Positions 54,607 through 64,000 of a DNA stretch of 64,000 nt are shown here, in pieces. Origin of the DNA: Octopus sinensis (Eukaryota). How positions within the stretch are numbered: position 1 is the first letter of the stretch; every line of letters starts with the position of its first letter. The position numbers and the translations under genes are program-made. Where the stretch lies: NCBI RefSeq assembly GCF_006345805.1, contig NC_042997.1, positions 68,448,001 to 68,512,000 on the forward strand, written 5' to 3'. A model generated the notes under the pieces. The model did not search any database and had not been told where the DNA came from. It was given only the letters and a program-made list of their open reading frames with translations.

Positions 54607-54968
54607 TGCGCTCCACTGCTCTTTATGAATGATGAAGATGTATACCATTTCGGCAAAATACTAACAAACCCGAAGACTGCATCAACAAAGCAGTTTCCTG
54701 CATGGACTTCAGTTTGAAAGCATATTCTCCAATTACTTCCGCCAACCATGCGGTAAGCCGTTATGCCTTATTTTTTCAAGTAATTCATTACTACATATTC
54801 TCATGTGATTGCTTAGACTCAGTTTACTTTTCTTATTCTACAGCCACACCGGCTATCCAATATCATCAACCTTTCGCCTTCAGCAACATTTCAACAGTTC
54901 ACATTTCCCCATTGTCGTCTTCCATTGCAACCTCTTTCCGGAATGTACCCATTTACATAAAATATGTC

Positions 54969-55221
54969 CATTACACCTACATTTATTCGACTGTCAATCA
55001 TACATTGGTACCACGTTAGACGCAGCGCCGATCGGCGCAAAGGAAAGTTTATCCACTGATAGCTTTTCGGTGTGTTCAAAAATCAAATACCTCCCACCCG
55101 CAAATTTTCTATGAGAAACGAACACATGACATGTCGCTTAGTCGAATTAGCCAGTCACATACTCCTCAAATGTTTTGTCGTCAGTACTGCACTTTCCCGT
55201 ATCTGGTTTCAACAAAACTGT

Positions 55222-55273
<52 letters not shown>

Positions 55274-55519
55274 CAGTTTTGTTGAAACCAGATACGGGAA
55301 AGTGCAGTACTGACGACAAAACATTTGAGGAGTATGTGACTGGCTAATTCGACTAAGCGACATGTGCTCGTTTCTCATAGAAAATTGCGGGTGGGAGGTA
55401 TTTGATTTTTGAACACACCGAAAAGCTATCAGTGGATAAACTTTCCTTTGCGCCGATCGGCGCTGCGTCTAACGTGGTACCAATGTATGATTGACAGTCG
55501 AATAAATGTAGGTGTAATG
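54969..55519. repeat. Long near-perfect palindrome (~250-bp arms) around an (AT)n spacer
   Basis: 54969-55222 is the reverse complement of about 55271-55519, apart from a 1-bp indel, a 5-bp indel and one substitution. Confidence 0.97.
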
Positions 55520-55537
55520 TAGTGTAATGTAGGTGTA

Positions 55538-55622
55538 ATATATATATATATATATATATATGCATGTATATATATATATATATATATTATATATATTATA
55601 TATTATATATATATATATATAT

Positions 55623-55673
<51 letters not shown>

Positions 55674-55677
55674 TACA

Positions 55678-55719
<42 letters not shown>

Positions 55720-55961
55720 CATACATATATATATATGTATATATATATACATACATATATATATATATATATATACATACATATATAATATATATATATA
55801 TATACATATATATATTATATATATATATATACATACATAATATATATATATATATGTATGTATGTATGTATATATGTATCTATATATATATATAATATAT
55901 ATATATATATAGATAGATACATATATACATACATACATACATACATATATATATATATAGA

Positions 55962-55987
<26 letters not shown>
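55538..55987. repeat. Long interrupted (AT)n/(ATAC)n/(ATGT)n block
   Basis: Direct reading. Confidence 0.95.
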
Positions 55988-56010
<23 letters not shown>

Positions 56011-56212
56011 CGGGAAGGTTTACGAAATTAAACAAAAGACGAAGGCAGGTGGAGTACAAACAAACAATGTATTAGTATGGCGCTCAGGAATAGAAATAAA
56101 ACAAGTCTTTTACGTTTCGAGCCTACGCTCTTCGACAGAAAGATACACAGAAAGGAAGAAGGAGAGAAACAAGGAGAGAAAAAAATTGCGTGTAGGGGCT
56201 AACGATCCAACA
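55987..56212 (-). mobile_element. Penelope-like terminal fragment with a hammerhead-like motif
   Basis: Minus strand 56106-56143: UCUUU-CUGUCGA-A-GAGC-guag-GCUC-GAAACGUA-AAAGA; paralogous to 13810-13955. Confidence 0.6.
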
Positions 56213-57948
56213 TATACAAACTATGCTATCTAGAGTCCCTAGCAACGCCGGGTATCTCTACTAGTATTGTCATAAATGTAACGTTTTCGTGATATCCTTA
56301 CTCATCAGATCATGGATTAATATGAACGGTATGAGATATAGAATTAAAGAATTACTAATATATACGATTCTTAGAATGTTCCATGATGGAGGATTTGCGT
56401 TGTTAACTGTTAATGTCCCTTTTGAGAATTAGTAATAGTTTTTGACTATATAGTAATAGTTTAAAAAATCGTATTGTTTTCTACCCATGTAGCATCGATC
56501 CCTCGCAAGTAGGATGCCGAACGTTTGGTTTAGGTGTATCTGTCGGTGCAGATGTGTCTTCTGGGAGTGATTTCAATAGCATCTCGTTAAAATAAACGCA
56601 AGATTTCTTTTGGTCTTTGTATATATAAATGGCAAATTAAGGTATATAGCTTCATAATTTTAGAAGATCCATAACAAATATCAGATGCAAAAAGAAGAAA
56701 CAAATGCACAATACAACGAAAAGGGTATTAGATATAACATTTAGTAGATATGGATGTATAAACGCCTACATATACATAGTCTGACGCGTGTACACTCGCA
56801 CGTACAGAGGCACACGCACACATAAGCACACATATACACACGCGTAGTTTGGCGCACATACGACCGTACAAAGAATTAAGGAGATATTGATAAAATCATT
56901 GCCTACTACTTGTAGTGTTACGACTCCACTTGGTAAGGAGTCATAGTTCTGTTGTGCGGTTCACTGGGTCTGGCTGGTATACTCATAGCAACCGTATAAC
57001 CATAAATTCGGACATAAACACTGACAGAATAGATGTTTAATTTTTTAATGACTAATGAAACAACCGATAGTGTGTAGAAAGCATCAATGTCACCAGCAGG
57101 TTTTTTTAGGATCAGGCGTAGGTTTTTTTCGCGTTTTCACCACATGGTAAGCGATGCTTATTGATATTTGTATAGTTTCGGATAACAATGTATAAAGAGT
57201 CAGGTGTTCTTGATTTTTACCTCTATCAAAACATAAATAAATAAATGAATAAAATAAATAAATAAATAAAAAATAGAAGTGAAAAAAATAGAAAAAGAAA
57301 ACCAAACGTAAATTAAAGTACTTTTTTCAATTTGGACAAAAGTTGAGAGAACAAAAACAAATAGGGGAAGAGATAATTCTTCTCGAAATTTCAATTTCGA
57401 TATTCTTACAGCAAATGTAAGAAAATTCCTACAATGTGTCCTACAAGTACACAAGTCTGGGATAGAAGTGAGGCCACCAGACACCAGTCGAGATGTGCAG
57501 TCAAAGTGGGTGGGTTAGACTGGTCATCAAGTGACATTGGAGATAGACAGGCGATGTGAGAAGGTAAGACCTTAAGTATATTTCGGTAAAGTTGTTGATC
57601 ACATCTATATTATTTCATAGAAATAGAACATAATCGACATTCCTACAGAAAGCATATGTTAAAATAATGCAATGCATATGTTGCCTTAGTTGTAATAGAG
57701 CTTTATATGAGACGAGGGTTCAAATCTAAGATGGTATTTGGATCATTGTGTACATGTGTTTATTCTTTCACATACCTATATGAATATATACTGATTCCTA
57801 ACATTAGTACATGGATATAAATCTTTAGAGATAATTCGGTCGACTAAGGTGACCATAGTGCATTACTAGTAAATTTTTGTCGATATCTGAAGGATAAAAT
57901 GTAAAACCGACTACAATTAGATTTGAATTCAAAGTATAGAAGGATGTA

Positions 57949-59073
57949 TTAGGTTGGCCGCTCTAAGTGTTGTGTTTTGAAACGCAATTTTATCATAGTA
58001 TTTTCATTATATTTTAGGCGAATTTCGACGTATGCCCTTTAATAATTTCCTACTTATTTCAGACAGAAAACATTCTTGAAGCATAGACGCCCTTAATTAT
58101 GAACATGACAAAAAAGGACTTTCTCTTACTTTTCTTGCATGAGTTCAAGCTTAATGCCTCCCATACTGCTGCCAATATCAACAAAGCATCGAGAGAGGGG
58201 TCCACAAGTGATCGCAGTACGAAGGTGGTTTCAGAAATTCCGAAGTGATGATGAGAACCTTGAAGATGAAGAAGGTAGAGGACGGTCATGCAGTCTTCAC
58301 AATGAACAATTGAAAGCAATTGTTGAAAAAAACCCACGTCAAAGTGTCAGAGAAATGTCTCTGGCACTTGGTGTCGGTACTGCAACGGTCTCACGCAATC
58401 AGCGGAAGATTGGTAAGAGGAAAAGCTCGATAAATGGGTACCGCATGAGCTCAATGAAAACGTAAGGCGTAAGTGTGCTCGATGCTCTTTCTGCGAAACA
58501 CCAATGATCCTTATCTCGACCGAATATCTTGTGACGAAATGTGAATCCTTTATGATAACCGTAAACGATCAGGTCAATGGTTTGATCGTGATGAGTCCCC
58601 CAAACATTTCCCAAAGTCAAAGTTGCATGAGCAAAAGATTATGTTAACTGTCTGGTGGTCGGCAGTTGGTGTGTCGATTACAGCTTTCTGAAAGGCAAGC
58701 AGTTGCTAAAAATGAGACCCGAATTGGTGAATCACAATAATACAAAAGCCACATGTTGCACGAATGACGCTGCTAAACCTCGCAGACTTATGATACGAGA
58801 CTATACCACCGCCTCCATATTCTCCTGATCTTTCAGCCATTGACTACCATTTTTTAAACATTTAAACACATTTTTAAGTGATGAAACTTTCAGGTCCAAA
58901 CCAGGGGAGGATTCAGCTTTCAAAGATTTCTTAGCATCAAAGCCGTTGATCGATGGCAGAGATGCATAGATGTTCACGGTTCATACTATGACTAATCAAA
59001 ATATCTATAGAGTTAATTTTTCCAGAATAAAGTTATGTTTCTGAAATCGGCCATTATTTTCGTAACAATCTAA
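57949..59073 (+). mobile_element. Near-full-length decayed mariner (Hsmar1/cecropia-like)
   Basis: TA flanks; TIRs ttaggttggccg (internally deleted) / cggccattattttcgtaacaatctaa; remnants FLHEFKL, VRRWFQKFRS..LEDEEGRGR, KLDKWVPHEL, CDEM*ILYDNRKRSGQW, KIMLTVWWS, PPYSPDLSAIDYHF. Confidence 0.92.
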
Positions 59074-60379
59074 TAGTTAACAATGCAAGATATTTTATTC
59101 CTCACTTTATCTATACTGCCAATCCATTTTTGTAGATAGATTGTTTTCGTATAGAGTTAGAAGACCTCTAAATTTGAGAGTAGGTATAACTCATGAGATC
59201 AATCACAGTTCTCAACTTTTACCTATTGCATCCATCTAGTAGGGATGAAAGGCGCAGTCAATCTCATTTGGGGTGGACAGTTAAATACAACAAGATGTTT
59301 TGGTCATCTCTTTGCCTGCTATTCTCTTTGTTAATTTTTTTTTTACAAATATTGCAATTTCTATTGCGTAACATAAACATACTCGCAGTTTATGTTTAGA
59401 ATTAAAAAAAAAAGATTTCGAAATATATTATAGAAATATTTCCAGGCACGACATTTTTTGTACATTTAACAAGAAGCGGTTTAACTAGAGTAATACTATC
59501 TCTTGTTCAATGCCAATAGTTGCTACAAGAGAGATTTAATTTGATAGCTTTATTCTTTAATAACCTGGAGCTTAGCTTAAAGAATCTGCCATGAAGAATA
59601 TATCTTTACTATAAGGACGTCGACGGAGAAGAGAAAATAACTTTTAAAAATTCGCGAATAGTTGCTCTACTGTATAATTTCATGCGATTTGATTAAAATA
59701 TTGCTCGTACGCTAAGCATTAATTTCGATGTGTTTCTTGTACACAGCTTCAACAACAGTAATAAAGTTTAACATGTCAAAGTAGGTATGGCAATATAGCT
59801 AAGAAGTTTGTTACCTTCTTCCTTCCGTGATTTCGCAAGCGATTTCAGAGGCCGGAATACTGGAATATTATTATTTACCATAGCCTAGGAACAATCAAAG
59901 AATGTTCAGTAAGTTCTTAGAAGGAAAAAACCTGGAAGCTTCTTCTTGTTCTATGGTGATAATTTAATTGGTTACCTTCCCTAACATTACTATGTGGTAT
60001 TTGAATTAATTGAGTGTATTTTCACCCTGTTGCGTGTATTTGGATCAACACTCCATTAGGAGAATAACTACTTCTTTTCTCATCACAGTTCAGGAGGCCC
60101 TGAAAAATGTTATGGGAGCTATCATTTCTCTTCTTACAGAGCGTAAAACAAAAAGTCATATCATATTGCATAAGAAGAGAATTTATAGTAGACTTAGGAC
60201 AGAAAGTAATTATAAAAAGTTTAAATTAGTAACATCCAAAAAGATATTTGGTAGATTCTTATTGTTTTAGGTACTTACCACTTACGTTGCAGATGCTACC
60301 TAACTTTAACTTAGATTCTTTCACAGGCACATGAAGACAAATATATAACAAAGAGAAATATAATCGTGTGATTGTTGTC

Positions 60380-60470
60380 AACAGTGAGGCAGAGTCGTCC
60401 AAATTCCACTGACGTCGACTTCGCCTTTCATCCTTTTGGGTCGATAAAATAAGTAGCAGTTAACTATCTT
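60380..60470 (+). mobile_element. SINE fragment (12789 family)
   Basis: caaattccactgacgtcgacttcgcctttcatccttttgggtcgataaaataagtagcagt. Confidence 0.75.
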
Positions 60471-63400
60471 CCTCAGTCACCAAAAAAGTCTCTAGAAAAA
60501 AGAAAAAATATTCTAGCCTGACATGTAAATGATTACATAAATATTGCATTATTTTCACTAGCCTCAGATGTAAGGTTTAACCTTACTATCTACCCAGTTT
60601 ACATTATATATGCGCACCTGATGCTTGTGCACGTGTAAATATGTGTGTGAGTGCGCGCGTGTGTGTATACGTGAGATTGTCTTCTTCAGAGAAAATAGCG
60701 GAATAAAAAAGTTCATGTCTAGATACTTATGCGTAATTCTATGAGTTATATTAATAATGATTTGCTTTCTTGCCACTTCAGTCACACACGTGTCTAAACA
60801 TGCATTGAGAAAACAAAACAATGAAATAAGTTTTCTGCAGGTTTGCGAAATAGATTGCTAACAATATACAAATGTATGACAGAAAGCCAAGCAGCTATTC
60901 ATATAGCTGTTATTTATATTTCACATATTTTCTTCTTTCATAATAATAGTCTAGTTTCTAAACGTACGACATAAAATGAGGTTAACGATTTTGTTTTAGT
61001 TTAGTTAACTTTTAATAACAAATCACTAAAATATTTGTGTTTACGTACTACTTTTCTTACATGTTTGTAAATATTGCAACACACTTTAATTCGTTTTTAA
61101 ATAGCAATAAATTTGTAGATACATCTACTTATCACTGATCTATAATGTAATTAAAAAACTGAAACCATGGAATAAATTGCACACACGGACGCGCGCGCCC
61201 ACATACGCATATACACACATACATTCACAGACACATACACTCACACACGCATATATATATGTATATATATGTATATCCTGAACTATTACTATTTCTGTTT
61301 TATTCTAGCAGCTTTTGTAGTATTATTTTCACCGTTTTAATTAGATTCCAGATTTACTGCAAATAGTTGATATATGATGTATAATTACAATTGTGTCTCA
61401 CTAATCCCATTGCTAATTTTTTCTGTAAAAAGTATTTGAAAACGTTTAATACTTATTATCAATATGATGTAAGTTCCAGATTTTAAACTGTTTCCATTAA
61501 TATTTTATATAATTGGTTTTCTTTAAAATGATTTTGAATATTATTTTTAATCAAGATTAAGGGAGAGAAAAGAAATGAACAAGAAAACAATAAGAAAATT
61601 AAAAAATAAAATCTATACAACAAGCTTAAACAAATTTTGATAATACAAGTAAAGTATTTTTAAATAGTACCTGTTCGGGTAATAATAGGAAGCAGTATAA
61701 ACATTTTTTCTAACCCTTTTCAATCACACTTTTGTTAACTTACACATACAACTATCTCAACTCTATGCACAGTTCCAATACAATTTATAAATAGAGCAAT
61801 CCGAATTGCACGCACAACCCAACACAACATTCATACGTGTAACATAAATTATGTACAATTTCTAAATACGACCCAAATATCCGCTTAGCATTAGCCATTG
61901 TTCTGCATTGTGGCTAGAAAAACAACGGTAGCCGTTAACCGTGAACTTTCCTTAGTTAAAAAATAGTTTTTCTATTTTCTCTGTATTGCTATATTTTATT
62001 TTAATGTATTAGTAAATAATTCATTAAGTTAATTGAATTGGAAAATCAATTTCACACTCGACTAACAAAAGCAAATACCCTTTCAAAGGTTTCAGAATAA
62101 AGAATGATATGCTTTCTACAATGATGAATTGGCTAGATGCATGTGAGTATATACGATCTAAATACATTACACCATATGCTCTCTATATATATCAAACAAT
62201 TTCTTTAGGTTATAATTCGTTGGAGCGGAGCTAAAATGTGAGCTCTTTTATCATATTCCAAAAACAAAAGCAAAAATTGAACATACTTTTACAAGGTAGG
62301 GAAACAATTATTAATTGACTCGTTCAGTATTTTACTGATACTTATTGTATCTCCTCAATTTCGACTCTCAATGTTAACTATTTAATTTCATGCGCTTGAA
62401 AGCCATAAAAACATATAATCTCGTCTGAACATAGCCTCACAAATTTGACTCCTTACAGCCAATCATGAGATAATTAATTTCGACAAATTTCTTACTTGAC
62501 AGTCACATGTTACTTGCAATTACTTTATCAGACACATGAACTTACAACATCAAACACCTAGACCTCACGCCATTTGTGTACCTTAAATCTCAGGCTTTGT
62601 TATCGTTATTTTATGATAAATCCTTATGCATGAGAAATAAATTTGTTGGACTATCCAATTGCCCAGCGATATACATATGTTGTAAGCGTCCTCAAATTTG
62701 GTTTCCGTCAATCACATTTTTTGTGTTGTGCCTCTGTTTCAAGCATTTGTAAACTTTCACTTGCATTCTCTTCTTTATATAAACTGATTTATACATCACA
62801 AGCAAAAGCATAGTTATATGTTCTTTACTTCAAAAGTATTATGAATTTCGTATCTCAGAGGATTAACTGTGATAGTGTAGATTTTCCCAAATGTGTTAGA
62901 AGATTACATGTGCATGAGTTGTTCTTATGTTGTAAAATCTGCTTCATACTATCTCCACACAAAATTAACGATTTAGGTGAAGTGAAATAGATATCAGTAA
63001 AAATTAAAATAGAATATCAAGCACTTCTCAAGACGTCTAACCGAGGAAGAATGATTGTTGTAACCTCCTTTTAATTTAGGTTATGTAGTGTCAAATTAGT
63101 ATCTGTAATTCGAGTATTTTAAGCTAAGAAAACATCTCAATGTCTTCGAATGATGAAAGTGTATGAAAACATAGATTTACATTTATTTTTACACCAGTAT
63201 TGATTGTAATTTTGTTCTTGCTTAACCCTGTTAAACGGATAGGATAATTCTTTCATCGAGTGTATTTCCTCTGTGAACATCAATTATCCAAATACGTGAC
63301 TGTGATTATGTAAATACATAACTGGAGTAATTGCATGGCACGAGATAATATTTTAGCTATTTCATATTTATTAAATCCTTCATTTATAGTATTTTTGTAC

Positions 63401-64000
63401 GCCTAATAAAAGTGTGTGTTGTTTAGGACCAGATCGACACTGATCGAGACGACCTATCGACAAAAGCGTTTGATCCCTGACTCCCATTATTTTAGGTCTA
63501 TTTAGGATTATATTACACAAGGTCTCTTCTCTGTAAAGACAAAAGAAAGGAATTTGAAGAAAATGATGCTACTTATTATAGCAGGAAAGGCGACTACGTG
63601 GAAGACTTTAAAGAATTTATTTGTTGATTTGCCAGGTGAGATAAAGAAAGAAAATTCCGGTATACACTAATGAAAAAATTATTCAATTAAAATAGCCATT
63701 TATGTATCATATTTAAAATATACCCACTCTCGATAAACCACTGACTGTGGTATTTGCGATAAGATAACCTCCCTTATGAAGTTCTTATATTAACATTTGT
63801 TATGACTCTGCTTATATTTATTGTGTTTTTAATGCAGCGATTCATAAGAGATGTAACATTATGCCAAATACTACAGTAATTGGCTATCGGCATGGTGCAT
63901 ACGCTTAGTATGTCAGAGAAAAGTCTTCGGTAAATATGGTAAAGGCTACGAGCAAGAAATCAAAACAGACATGATTTGTGTTGAGTTGCAACATAAACAG

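Larger units (their letters stand above)
53471..56264 (+). mobile_element. Internally deleted Helitron with helicase remnant and internal rearrangements
   Basis: a^TC..(TA)nAAGGTGAGGTTGTG 5' end and CCCTAGCAACGCCGGGTATCTCTACTAG^t 3' end; both resemble the ends of 30344-30737; PIF1 remnant inside. Confidence 0.8.

Noticed and set aside
60500-64000. Long AT-rich stretch with few repeats
   Set aside because: No ORF, RNA motif or structure could be supported; it may hold regulatory DNA, but that cannot be shown from sequence alone

Overview
This is AT-rich eukaryotic non-coding DNA (intronic or intergenic) that is extremely rich in microsatellites. The SINE families and repeat density point to an octopus (coleoid cephalopod) genome; this is an inference. 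I found no host protein-coding exon I can support. Almost all supplied ORFs are microsatellite read-through or decayed transposon pieces. The window holds many tRNA-headed SINEs and about five Helitron-family insertions, one with a disrupted PIF1 helicase. It also holds decayed mariner, Tc1, maT-like and probable Chapaev3 DNA transposons, LINE fragments (CR1/L2-like, RTE, Tx1-like) and Penelope-like termini carrying minimal hammerhead ribozyme motifs. Other features are an internally deleted U6 snRNA copy and a near-identical duplication at the window start. The most notable items are a ~550-bp palindrome folded around an (AT)n tract inside a Helitron (with a smaller second case), a TIR-bounded element wrapping a tRNA-like Pol III core, hammerhead and HDV-like ribozyme motifs, and a SINE and a LINE that share a 3' tail. 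I cannot demonstrate a new multi-gene system here.
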